Below, in pieces: positions 10,263-19,140 of a DNA stretch of 64,000 nt (positions within the stretch are counted from its first letter, which is position 1; each line of letters opens with the position of its first letter). Source of the stretch: Candidatus Bathyarchaeia archaeon (GTDB lineage Archaea; Thermoproteota; Bathyarchaeia; Bathyarchaeales; Bathycorpusculaceae). The translations under genes were made by a program, and so were the position numbers. The notes under the pieces were generated by a model. It was not told where the DNA came from, did not search any database, and saw nothing but the letters and a program-made list of their open reading frames with translations. Location of the stretch: contig JAVZLS010000003.1 in the NCBI GenBank assembly GCA_038883715.1, forward strand, positions 32,001 through 96,000. The letters are read 5' to 3'.

Positions 10263-10490
10263 TTGACAAACTACATAATTGTTGTCTGTAGTGAATGTGA
10301 AGGCTACCTTCTCGCTAAAGCAAGTCAAAAATCAAGAACTTGCCCTTACTGCGGGTCAAGAGTTTTGCTGGAAAAGGCTCGAAAGGTTGCCTCTGCCGAA
10401 AAAGCTGATGAAGCATCAATGATATTACGTAAGTTAAAGGAGAGAGCCGCCGAAAAACATGGGAAGGCTAGGCTTAACAGGCTATTTTAA
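10263..10490 (+). CDS. Small zinc-ribbon protein (DUF1922-like)
   Basis: CSEC and CPYCG motifs. Confidence 0.7.
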   Translation: MTNYIIVVCSECEGYLLAKASQKSRTCPYCGSRVLLEKARKVASAEKADEASMILRKLKERAAEKHGKARLNRLF

Positions 10491-11214
10491 GGAAAGCCAT
10501 TAATCCTATTCCAAGAAGGATTACAAAGAGTTGAATAACAGACTCGCCAGCATGTGACTTTTTGTGTAGTTCTGGCATAAGGTCCGTAGCCGCTATATAA
10601 ATGAAGCCGCCAGCAGCAAAAGGAACTAGCAGAGTTTCTATGCTTCTAAGGTAAGTCAGAAAATAAGTTGCCAACGCTCCCAGAATAGCTGTCACGGCTG
10701 AAATGAAATTGTAAGTTAATGCCTTTTTTCTGCTTAATCCTCCGTAGACCAGCACGCCAAAGTCGCCTATCTCTTGAGGGACCTCATGAAAGATTACAGC
10801 CAAAGTGGTGGCAAAACCTAGCTCAAAGCTAACCATAAAGGTTGCAGCTATGACCATTCCGTCAATAAAGTTATGAATTCCATCCCCGAGAAGATTTAGG
10901 TAAACGAAAGTGTGGGTTGGGCACTCTTTTTCGTGGCAGTGGCGCCAATAAAGGAACTTCTCTAACGCGAAAAATGAGATTATTCCGATTATAACGTACC
11001 AGAAGACGGTTGTTGCGTCATTTTCGGGTGTTAGGGATTCTGGAAGTAGATGGAGAAATGCTCCGCCTATAAGAGTGCCAGAGGCAAAGCCCACCAAAAC
11101 CATTGTTAGACGTTTTAGTTTATCCTCTTTTAATCCGATGAAAATTATTCCTATTAAGGCGATGAGACTTACGGCTGTCACTGATGCCAAAATTGCAATT
11201 AAATCGTTCATCAA
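10474..11214 (-). CDS. ZIP-family metal transporter
   Basis: HLLPE, GDGIHNFIDG, FHEVPQEIGDF, DLMPELH. Confidence 0.92.
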   Translation of the reverse strand: MMNDLIAILASVTAVSLIALIGIIFIGLKEDKLKRLTMVLVGFASGTLIGGAFLHLLPESLTPENDATTVFWYVIIGIISFFALEKFLYWRHCHEKECPTHTFVYLNLLGDGIHNFIDGMVIAATFMVSFELGFATTLAVIFHEVPQEIGDFGVLVYGGLSRKKALTYNFISAVTAILGALATYFLTYLRSIETLLVPFAAGGFIYIAATDLMPELHKKSHAGESVIQLFVILLGIGLMAFLKIAC

Positions 11215-11224
11215 TCCTCAATGG

Positions 11225-12298
11225 TTAAAGCCTAAACTTATTAGAGTATCGGTTTTCGCCCCTAACTTTCTGGAGCATTTCACAAGCCTTACACAATATT
11301 TGCGTTGTTGGCTCCCCACATTCGGCGCATTCCCTTAAAGTTTCTGCCTTTTCGATTTTTTGTATGGCTAGTCTAAGTTTTTCCGCCGCCTTGAAAATTG
11401 TGTATTTTATGCCAGCATGTTTTTCCTCCATCCTATTTAGAAAGTTTCGCACATCGTTCCTTAAGGCTTCTGGGGCGTAGGGACATGGAATACTTTGAAA
11501 CTTTATCTTTTGGATGTAGGCGTAGAGTGCCGTTTCCCTTTCCGGAATTTCACAGAAGGGCTTTACCCGTACCACAAGTTTTAGATGGGTTTCGTCCGTC
11601 ACTGGTTTTTCCCTCGCGATTCGATAAGGATCGCCATGAAGCATGTTAAGCAGAACTGTTTGGACTTCATCATCCAATGTGTGGGCTGTTGCAAGCTTGT
11701 CCGCATTAACCTTTCTCGCAATTATGTTTAATGCTTTCCTTCTCAAAACACCACAGTAAGCACACGGCGATAATTCGCCTTCATTTTTGCTTTTTAACCT
11801 TTTAACAATTTCATCAAGCGTAAAACCATAAAGCTCTTTAAAGGAAATTGTGTAATGTTCCACACCAAGTTTTCTGCAGTTTTCCCCGGCAATTTTTATC
11901 GCTTCGTCCCTGTATCCAGCAATTCCTTCATCCACAGAAACCGCAACAAGCGAAGCCTTCGGATAGCCTCGCTCTATTTTAGACAAAATGTGCAAGAGGC
12001 TCACGCTGTCCTTTCCGCCAGAAACAGCCACAGCTATTCTATCGTCAAACTCAAACATGCCATATTTAGCTATGGTGGCTCTAACTTTATTTTCAATTGA
12101 TTTAACGAAGCAGCCTTTACATAGCCTCTCTCCAGAGTATGGTCTAAAGAAAAAGGCTTCCTTTCGCTTGCAGATGCTACAGAGCGCTTCGTTGCCAGCA
12201 TTTTCCACTTTAATCAGTCTTCCATGCATCGTGAAGTTGCTAAGGAAATACTTTTCAAGGCGAAATTTAACGCTTCTTGAACACAGAAGAGTTTTCAA
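11225..12298 (-). CDS. tRNA 2-thiolation protein (NcsA/TtuA/Ctu1 family); true start probably downstream of the ORF start
   Basis: N- and C-terminal Zn fingers, PP-loop SGGKDS, CAYCGVLRR, CPY. Confidence 0.9.
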   Translation of the reverse strand: MKTLLCSRSVKFRLEKYFLSNFTMHGRLIKVENAGNEALCSICKRKEAFFFRPYSGERLCKGCFVKSIENKVRATIAKYGMFEFDDRIAVAVSGGKDSVSLLHILSKIERGYPKASLVAVSVDEGIAGYRDEAIKIAGENCRKLGVEHYTISFKELYGFTLDEIVKRLKSKNEGELSPCAYCGVLRRKALNIIARKVNADKLATAHTLDDEVQTVLLNMLHGDPYRIAREKPVTDETHLKLVVRVKPFCEIPERETALYAYIQKIKFQSIPCPYAPEALRNDVRNFLNRMEEKHAGIKYTIFKAAEKLRLAIQKIEKAETLRECAECGEPTTQILCKACEMLQKVRGENRYSNKFRL

Positions 12299-12321
12299 GG
12301 GTAAAATGGAATATCTAATGG

Positions 12322-13038
12322 TTGGATGCCATGGCTAAGAAACCTTCAAGGCTTCCAGAGGCTCTGGAAGTCGTTTACAGCACAGAACGTTGGGCTTTGC
12401 TCAAGAAACTTAGGGCAAAGGCTTTGCAATTAATGGAGGCGCTTGCAAAGTTTAATATAGAAGCCATAACCCACGGCAGCATTGCGAGAGGAGATGTGAC
12501 AGAGAAAAGCGATGTTGACATTTTCACACCCCATCCACCATCATCCTTTCTAGTTGAAACAGCTCTTGAACAGGCGGGAATACCGATAAACAGGCGACTC
12601 GTTGTGCAAGCGACACCTGCATACGCAATGAAAGGCTACATCGAAATTGACGAAAGAACCAGTGTCTCGTTTCCATTAATGAATATGCGAAGGATTGAAA
12701 GGGAATTTTACAAGTTCGGTGGTGAAGCGACATTTGAAGTTTTGAAATCTGGAGCGCGGGTTGCCGGCGTGGATAAACGCCTAATGCTCATTGAGCCCAC
12801 TGAGAAAGGACATAAAGAAAGCGGGATAATTGGCCGAGAAGAACATGTTGCCAAAACGTTGAAAATTTCTGTAGAAACAGTTCTTGATAGGGTTCACGCC
12901 CTTCTGAGAAGGAACGATGTGGGCAGAACTGGTGTTTTTCTCCAAAAGGAGCTAGCTGAGGGCGAAACCTTCGAGTTAGCTTTGAAAAAATTGGCAGAAG
13001 AAAATCCAGCCATTCGAAGGAGACTAAAAACCGTTTAA
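12322..13038 (+). CDS. Archaeal predicted nucleotidyltransferase (COG2413-like)
   Basis: HGSIARGDV..SDVD, GVDKRLMLIEP, GRTGVF. Confidence 0.8.
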   Translation: MDAMAKKPSRLPEALEVVYSTERWALLKKLRAKALQLMEALAKFNIEAITHGSIARGDVTEKSDVDIFTPHPPSSFLVETALEQAGIPINRRLVVQATPAYAMKGYIEIDERTSVSFPLMNMRRIEREFYKFGGEATFEVLKSGARVAGVDKRLMLIEPTEKGHKESGIIGREEHVAKTLKISVETVLDRVHALLRRNDVGRTGVFLQKELAEGETFELALKKLAEENPAIRRRLKTV

Positions 13039-14123
13039 GCCAACTGCATTGGCGGTGCAAACCTTAGAAGGGCAGCCACCCCGCCTAAAGCAACAAGTTT
13101 TGCTCCAGCCTCGTGTTCTGTGCTTATAACCATGACTTTTCCGCCTTTCTGCTCCACGTCCTTCATTAACTGCTCCAAGGATAAGCGCTCCTCATCCTCC
13201 GCCCTCCGCAATATTATGTCGGCCAAAACTAGTACACCAACAGCTCCATATTCCGAGACCTTCTGAACCTCGTCTAAACCGTAAACCACTGTTCGCTCGC
13301 CTTTGCCGAGCCTTTTCAGGATTTCCTCAACAACTTCGGTTTCCTCAGCGATTCTCAAATGCTTCATAGTCTTTGTTAGGACTCCTGAGCGGATAGCCTC
13401 ATAAATGCCTGCGACACCACTGTTGTTTACGCTTTTCACGTCGGCGACTGATTTGGCCATTTCTGGATCTTCTTTCTCCAAAAACTTTGCAAAGTCGTTT
13501 TTTATGAAACCTACGCCAATTATGGCGATTGGGCTGCGGGCTTCGCTCCATATTTGGCGCAAATTGTTGAACACGTTTTGGAAGAACTCTTTGACCGCCG
13601 CGCTTCTTTTTTCAGCCTCAAGTTTTCCCGGAAGCCTTGTCCGTTCCTCCACTTTTACTTCAACGCCATACTGAGTCGTTGTGGCTATTGCAAAGCCTTC
13701 ATCATCTATCGCCACAATTATTATGGGCTTTTCAGAAGTTTTCCTGGCTATCTCCAATCTTTCAAGATGGTGACTCGCCCACTCCTCCTTTACAATAGTT
13801 ACTGGCAAATTCAATGTAATATTCAACGTGTGATGTGCACCTGCTGGAATTATTTCTGGTGCATGGCATATTGTTCCATGAACCCTAAGTCTTCCGAGGA
13901 GCTTGTCCCAAGCAACCTTTTCCACCTTAACGCCCATGAAAACTGAAACCCTTTCGCCCCGCTTCCCCCTAGAATATTTCTCGTCCTGTTTTATCTCTCG
14001 TGATGTGTAGGCGTAAACCTCGTCGCCCACATAGATAATGTTGTAGAGATGCCACAGATCGTCAAGAGTTTCGGGAATAACCTTTACAAAGCCCTTTTTT
14101 AAGTTCATCTCCAGAATCTTCAA
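13035..14123 (-). CDS. pelA: mRNA surveillance protein pelota
   Basis: PETLDDLWHL, LRVHG, HHTL, ISTEHEAG, LGGVAALLRF. Confidence 0.95.
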   Translation of the reverse strand: MKILEMNLKKGFVKVIPETLDDLWHLYNIIYVGDEVYAYTSREIKQDEKYSRGKRGERVSVFMGVKVEKVAWDKLLGRLRVHGTICHAPEIIPAGAHHTLNITLNLPVTIVKEEWASHHLERLEIARKTSEKPIIIVAIDDEGFAIATTTQYGVEVKVEERTRLPGKLEAEKRSAAVKEFFQNVFNNLRQIWSEARSPIAIIGVGFIKNDFAKFLEKEDPEMAKSVADVKSVNNSGVAGIYEAIRSGVLTKTMKHLRIAEETEVVEEILKRLGKGERTVVYGLDEVQKVSEYGAVGVLVLADIILRRAEDEERLSLEQLMKDVEQKGGKVMVISTEHEAGAKLVALGGVAALLRFAPPMQLA

Positions 14124-14153
14124 CAGATTTTCCTCTTCCGTTAGTCGCTTAAT

Positions 14154-14621
14154 TCAATACTTGCGGGTGTGGGGTCTTACAAGCTCTTCTAATATACTGA
14201 GCATGTCTGGAACCTTTGTCACAATGTCGGTAAAAGTGATAATGCCCACAAGCTCATCGTTATTTCTTGTAACAAGGAGCCGCTTAATGCCTTTTTTCGC
14301 CATCAGCTTGGCAGCCTCATTTATACTTGCATTCTCATCAATTGTTACCACGGGGCTTGTCATAATCTGCCTAGCCGTCAAAGTTTCCGGCGCCAAACAA
14401 GGCTCAACAATCCTCCTTAAAATATCCCGCTCAGTAATTATCCCGACCGGTCTATCGCCTTGAACAACCACAACAGAGCCTATATCAAACTTGTTCATTG
14501 TAGCAACAACCTCTTTAACACTCGAGTCGGGACGCACAACGCGAACGTTCTTTGACATGACATCCCTAACAAGAACAATTCCAGCCAAACCAGCAACCTC
14601 CAAACTATGGATACTGCCCAA
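14154..14621 (-). CDS. CBS-domain pair protein
   Basis: VRDVMS, VGIITERD, VGIITFTD. Confidence 0.9.
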   Translation of the reverse strand: MGSIHSLEVAGLAGIVLVRDVMSKNVRVVRPDSSVKEVVATMNKFDIGSVVVVQGDRPVGIITERDILRRIVEPCLAPETLTARQIMTSPVVTIDENASINEAAKLMAKKGIKRLLVTRNNDELVGIITFTDIVTKVPDMLSILEELVRPHTRKY

Positions 14622-14681
14622 AGTATTAAACTATTCCTACAGCAAAATCCTTAATAAACGTCTTTGTAACGTTTACATCTT

Positions 14682-14759
14682 GGGCCGGTAGATCAGCTTG
14701 GAATGATCGCAGCGTTGGCATCGCTGAGGTCGCGGGTTCAAATCCCGCCCGGTCCACCA
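14682..14759 (+). tRNA. tRNA-Ala(GGC), CCA encoded
   Basis: GGGCCGG/CCGGTCC acceptor with G3:U70, anticodon arm cagcg-ttGGCat-cgctg, TTCAAAT T-loop. Confidence 0.95.
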
Positions 14760-14815
14760 TAATTTTCAAGATTTTAAAGGAAAATTTGGCTGAGTAACTT
14801 TTATATTCTTCTTGG

Positions 14816-16312
14816 ATGGATAATCCATCCAATAGAAAGGTGGAGGACTTGAAAGAAAAAAAGCTTGTAACGTTACTTGTAGTTGTTTGTTTTTGCACGG
14901 CATTGTATTGTCCGCAAGTAAAAATATGCGCCGCCCAAGGCTCCAGTTTTAAACTAGTGGATGTACTACTGGATTATGGAAATGGAACACGTACGTGGGC
15001 TTCATGCATACTGCAACCCGGTGCCGACACCGTATACAATGCAACACGACTGGTCGCATCATCTTTAAATGTCACATGGTATGATGGTTTAGCCTTCGTG
15101 GACGCCATAGATGGTGTTCGGAATAGTTATCCCTACTTTTGGATTTGGTGGTATTGGAACAGATCCGAATCCCAGTGGGTTATGGGACCGGTGGCATGTA
15201 ACCAGTATGTCCTTGAAGACTGCAACATAGTGGCATGGTACTATGAAGACTGTAGCAGTTGGCCTCCTAGCCCTCCGCCAGATCCTCCCGTGACAAAAGT
15301 TGATGTTTTACTAGATTACGGAAATGGAACCATAACTTGGTATGAAAATTTAGAAGTGCTTGGCTTCGCTTCGGTTTTGAAAGCTACAAAGGCCGTTGCC
15401 ACTGTGGAATATTCTTTGTGGGGCACCGACGTCTTTGTTGACGCCATAGACAACGTCTGGAATGACTACATCTCATTCGTCTACTTCTGGATTTACTGGT
15501 ACTGGAACCACTCGGCTAAGTGCTGGGAGGTAGGAGCTGTTGCATGCAACAAGCACCTGCTTTCTAGTGGGGACATCATAGCATGGTACTATGAAGACTG
15601 CACCACGTGGCCGTTGGCACCGCCAACTCTAACACCGCATCCTAAAGCCAGCTTCACATGGGCGCCCGATATTCCCAAGGTTGGCCAAACTGTAGCCTTT
15701 GACGCTTCAGCCTCAAAGCCTAACGGAGGCACTATAATTGACTATGCATGGAATTTTGGAGATGGAAGCGTAGCCCATGGCAAAATTGTTGCCCATACTT
15801 ACAATGGTCCAGGAACATATATTGTAACTCTAAATGTCACAGACAGCAACGGTCTATGGGACGTTGAACAGAAACAGATAATGGTGGTTCAGCCTTACGG
15901 TCCTAAAGCGAACTTTGAGGCTTTCCCGGAAATCGCAATGGTTGGAGAAAAAATAAAGTTTGATGCTTCAGCTTCCCTCTCGGGATGGAATGGAACACGC
16001 ACGATGCCGATAACAGAGTACCGCTGGAACTTCGGCGACGGAAACATAACAGTCACAAACCAGCCAATAGTATACCATAGCTATAGCGCGGCGGGAAACT
16101 ATTACGTAACATTGACCGTTTATGCACCCGGCGCAACCCCAGATACAGATTCTGCAACGGTGAAAGTAACAGTGTTCGCGGTGCCTGTTGGAGGCCAATC
16201 GGTTTCCGTGGAAACGCCTGCCGCAGAAAAAGGCCTAGCGGCTTATCTGGTTTTGGTGGCGGTTATTACTGCCACTTTTGCAGTTTTAAAGCGCAAGCCC
16301 ATAAGAAGATGA
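14816..16312 (+). CDS. Surface protein: two DUF4430 (transcobalamin C-terminal-like) domains + two PKD domains + C-terminal TM anchor
   Basis: Twice FVDAID.V.N....W..WYWN....W..G.VACN...L...I.AWYY; twice W.FGDG...H.Y...G.Y.VTL.V; TM followed by KRK. Confidence 0.8.
   Translation: MDNPSNRKVEDLKEKKLVTLLVVVCFCTALYCPQVKICAAQGSSFKLVDVLLDYGNGTRTWASCILQPGADTVYNATRLVASSLNVTWYDGLAFVDAIDGVRNSYPYFWIWWYWNRSESQWVMGPVACNQYVLEDCNIVAWYYEDCSSWPPSPPPDPPVTKVDVLLDYGNGTITWYENLEVLGFASVLKATKAVATVEYSLWGTDVFVDAIDNVWNDYISFVYFWIYWYWNHSAKCWEVGAVACNKHLLSSGDIIAWYYEDCTTWPLAPPTLTPHPKASFTWAPDIPKVGQTVAFDASASKPNGGTIIDYAWNFGDGSVAHGKIVAHTYNGPGTYIVTLNVTDSNGLWDVEQKQIMVVQPYGPKANFEAFPEIAMVGEKIKFDASASLSGWNGTRTMPITEYRWNFGDGNITVTNQPIVYHSYSAAGNYYVTLTVYAPGATPDTDSATVKVTVFAVPVGGQSVSVETPAAEKGLAAYLVLVAVITATFAVLKRKPIRR
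14950..15635 (+). repeat. Internal tandem duplication of the DUF4430-like domain (~115 aa unit)
   Basis: Near-identical DNA segments recur, e.g. gacgccataga and gcatggtactatgaagactg at ~15230 and ~15580. Confidence 0.8.
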
Positions 16313-18105
16313 TACGTATGAAAAAGTCCGGAAACACCCATTACATATTGGTCCTCGGCTTCCTACTCCTGTTACTGCTTTTCTCCCTTCTATTTCTTGT
16401 TGGAAAGAATAACGGGGCAACATCTGACGTGGAAGGAGAAACTTCACGAGAGAGTGATGCTGAGGATCACGTCTCCGTTTCTGAAACAACACCATTTAGT
16501 GGGGAAAACCCCTTGTCTAAAGCCTTAAACTATTTGAAAAACATTCAACAATCCGACGGCAAAATATCAGATTTCGCAACCTCATGTTGGGCGGTTATGG
16601 CGATTGCCGCCTCTGGCGAAAACCCCTACAGCTGGAAGGGATCGAGCGGAAAATCCATAGTTGACTACCTAATCGAGAACAGAGGCCAAGTTAATTTGAA
16701 CGTTCCCACGGATGTTGCACGGTTTATTTTGGCAATGACCGCCGCTGGAGAGAATCCAAGAAACATAGGCGGCACAAATTATGTTGAAATTCTTAAAGGC
16801 TTCTTTTCCAATGGACAAATTGGAAGCGAGTCGCAATTAAATGATGATTTTTGGGCTGCTATGGCGCTGGTTTCAGCTGGCGAGGCTGCAAACTCAACAA
16901 TTATTCAAGGGTCAGTTAACTTTATTAAAGCACATCAGAATGCTGATGGTGGTTGGAGCTGGGCTGTTGGCGGGACAAGCGACGTGGACGACACAGCCGC
17001 AGCGATTATGGCTTTAATCTCCGCTGGCGAGGACAACTCAACAAGCACCATTGTAAATGCGCTGCAGTTCTTAAGAGGTCAGCAACAATCCAACGGGGGA
17101 TTTCCATGCTTTGGCGTTATAAACAGTGCTTCTGACTCTTGGGCTATAGGCGCCATATGCAGCGCTGGGCAAAAACCAGGAGACTGGAAAGTGAACAACA
17201 TAAGCGTAATTGACCACCTCTTAAGTCTCCAAAATGCTGATGGCTCGTTTAATTGGACGACGAACACTCCAGCCAATAAGGCGCTTATGACGTCCTATGC
17301 CATCGTCGCTCTATGTTCGAGACAGTATCCAACCAACGGCTTACCCGTCTACGTTAGAATCGAAGGAAAGCAGATAACCATTTGGCGGCGCAAGGTTTTC
17401 GTGGCGGCATCCATAATCGTCGACGACGCCGGACAGACGCACTATCTGCCAAAGCCAACGGTGCTTGGAGCCTTAGACAAGGCGTCTGAAATCGGCGGAT
17501 TCGCTTATAAAGTTAGACAAACAGCCTTAGGCTTGTACGTCTACTTAATAGCTGGAGAGGAAGCCACTGGACTATCCGGGTGGATGTACCGTGTAGACTA
17601 TTACATGCCTAATGTTGGCATGGCTGATTTTGAATGGAATGTTACATCGCCTCCAAATCCGCCCCACAAGGAACTGCTAATTTATTATGGTGATTGGACC
17701 AGTATGCCGCTGAAAATTTGGGTGGACAAGACTGAAGTACATCTTGGAGAAAACATAACGGTGCTTGTGACATACTACAATGACACAAACGGTGGTTGGC
17801 ACCCCCTCCAAGGAGCAGCGGTTCACTTCCTAAACAGAAGATACACAACCAATGCAACAGGCTATGTGACCATTACCGTGAGATACGATCCGCCCGTCTG
17901 GGCTGAAAAGGAAGGTTTCATACGAAGTGACATAATCGAAGTTAAGATAATCAACAATCCAATAAGCTCTAACACAGCAAGTAATCAACAAAATTCTGAA
18001 AATACAACTCAAAAGAACGAAATAAACTCCTCCCTTTCTTTCGGGTTTCTTGAGAGGCAGCTAGCTTGGCTAACATTTCAGTTTTGTGAAATAATAATCC
18101 GCTGA
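16309..18105 (+). CDS. Surface protein: prenyltransferase/squalene-oxidase-repeat alpha/alpha barrel + DUF4430 domain
   Basis: Repeats QQSDG, QNADGGW, QQSNGGF, QNADGSF with SDVDDTAAAIMAL; then YV..IAGE....GWMYRVD; N-terminal TM/signal anchor. Confidence 0.8.
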   Translation: MIRMKKSGNTHYILVLGFLLLLLLFSLLFLVGKNNGATSDVEGETSRESDAEDHVSVSETTPFSGENPLSKALNYLKNIQQSDGKISDFATSCWAVMAIAASGENPYSWKGSSGKSIVDYLIENRGQVNLNVPTDVARFILAMTAAGENPRNIGGTNYVEILKGFFSNGQIGSESQLNDDFWAAMALVSAGEAANSTIIQGSVNFIKAHQNADGGWSWAVGGTSDVDDTAAAIMALISAGEDNSTSTIVNALQFLRGQQQSNGGFPCFGVINSASDSWAIGAICSAGQKPGDWKVNNISVIDHLLSLQNADGSFNWTTNTPANKALMTSYAIVALCSRQYPTNGLPVYVRIEGKQITIWRRKVFVAASIIVDDAGQTHYLPKPTVLGALDKASEIGGFAYKVRQTALGLYVYLIAGEEATGLSGWMYRVDYYMPNVGMADFEWNVTSPPNPPHKELLIYYGDWTSMPLKIWVDKTEVHLGENITVLVTYYNDTNGGWHPLQGAAVHFLNRRYTTNATGYVTITVRYDPPVWAEKEGFIRSDIIEVKIINNPISSNTASNQQNSENTTQKNEINSSLSFGFLERQLAWLTFQFCEIIIR

Positions 18106-18120
18106 ATCTAACACGAGCTG

Positions 18121-18687
18121 GTGGGCTGGATGGATTGCAGACGTGTTGCAATGTTGGCGATACTGACGGCATTATGTGTTGCGCTTCAGATAACCCCAAG
18201 GCTACCTAACGTTGAGGCCACATCCCTCATCTCCTTTTTGGTTGGATTCTTGTTCGGCGCAAGCTTCGGAGCTATTTTAGGAGCCTTAACAATGTTTATT
18301 AACGGATTTCTTTCGCCATGGGGTCTTGCCGGGATAATAATGCCTTTCCAAATGGCTGGAATGGCCCTAATAGGGCTCGCTGGAGGAGTTTACCGCAAAG
18401 TTTTAGGTGGAAATCCCAAAGAGGCAGTCAATACAACAAAAATTTTAAAATTGGAAGTTTCATTCCTTGCGGCTTTCCTCACTCTCATATATGATATACT
18501 GACGAATATTGGTTGGGCTTTGCCTTCAGAAACACCAATTATTGCCGCATTAATCCAAGGCGTATGGTACAGCGTAATCCACGTAGTGTCGAATGCCGTG
18601 TTTTTCGGAGGGGCATTTTTTATTCTGGTTAGGATCATAGGTAATTTGCTAGGTGAAAATCTATGGAGATCACAAAAAGAAGTTTAG
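18121..18687 (+). CDS. ECF transporter S component, CbrT-like (putative cobalamin specificity)
   Basis: RRVAMLAILTALCVAL...PNVEAT, FQM, HVVSN; ~6 TM helices; embedded among DUF4430 genes. Confidence 0.75.
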   Translation: MGWMDCRRVAMLAILTALCVALQITPRLPNVEATSLISFLVGFLFGASFGAILGALTMFINGFLSPWGLAGIIMPFQMAGMALIGLAGGVYRKVLGGNPKEAVNTTKILKLEVSFLAAFLTLIYDILTNIGWALPSETPIIAALIQGVWYSVIHVVSNAVFFGGAFFILVRIIGNLLGENLWRSQKEV

Positions 18688-19127
18688 TGATATTTGGCTT
18701 AGGATGGCTAACCTCCCTTGTGCTTATAGGCTGTATTGCCGGATACTATTACGTAGAATACCAAAACTTGCTCAAAAGATTTGAAGAGTACAAGCGCCAG
18801 CCCTTGTTTATGCGCGTCAATATATGCATTAATTACGCTGAGTGGAACGGAACCTTAGTTTGGTATAATAACACGTTTGTACCTTTAGGGTGCAGCCTTT
18901 TAAATGCAACCCGGATGATCGCAGTTGTAAGCTTTACTTATTGGAAATCGTATGATGCAAGTTTTGTAGACGCCATAAACAACATCGCAAACAACGGAAG
19001 TAGGTACTGGATGTGGTACCGTTGGACAGGTAGCCGTTGGGAATACGGGCATGTCGGTGCAGATAAATATGTTTTATCCCCTGAAGAGACAGTGATGTGG
19101 CGATACGAGACTCCACATTACCCATGA
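18663..19127 (+). CDS. Membrane-anchored single DUF4430-domain protein
   Basis: N-terminal TM, FVDAINNIAN...YWMWY.W....WEYG.VGADKYVL...V.WRY; overlaps the S-component stop. Confidence 0.75.
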   Translation: MEITKRSLVIFGLGWLTSLVLIGCIAGYYYVEYQNLLKRFEEYKRQPLFMRVNICINYAEWNGTLVWYNNTFVPLGCSLLNATRMIAVVSFTYWKSYDASFVDAINNIANNGSRYWMWYRWTGSRWEYGHVGADKYVLSPEETVMWRYETPHYP

Positions 19128-19140
19128 GGAGACAATGCTT

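Noticed and set aside
14760-14850. Cobalamin riboswitch before the DUF4430 operon
   Set aside because: The region is under 100 nt, AT-rich and lacks B12-box motifs.
14626-14898. 90-aa minus-strand ORF containing VDRAGFEPATS
   Set aside because: Typical antisense translation of a tRNA gene (tRNA-Ala).
16500-17340. Squalene-hopene cyclase or protein prenyltransferase call
   Set aside because: The protein is exported, has only one barrel and is fused to DUF4430; a binding role fits better despite a DVDDTA motif.
14760-19127. Integrated element at tRNA-Ala carrying the DUF4430 operon
   Set aside because: No integrase and no duplicated tRNA 3' end seen.
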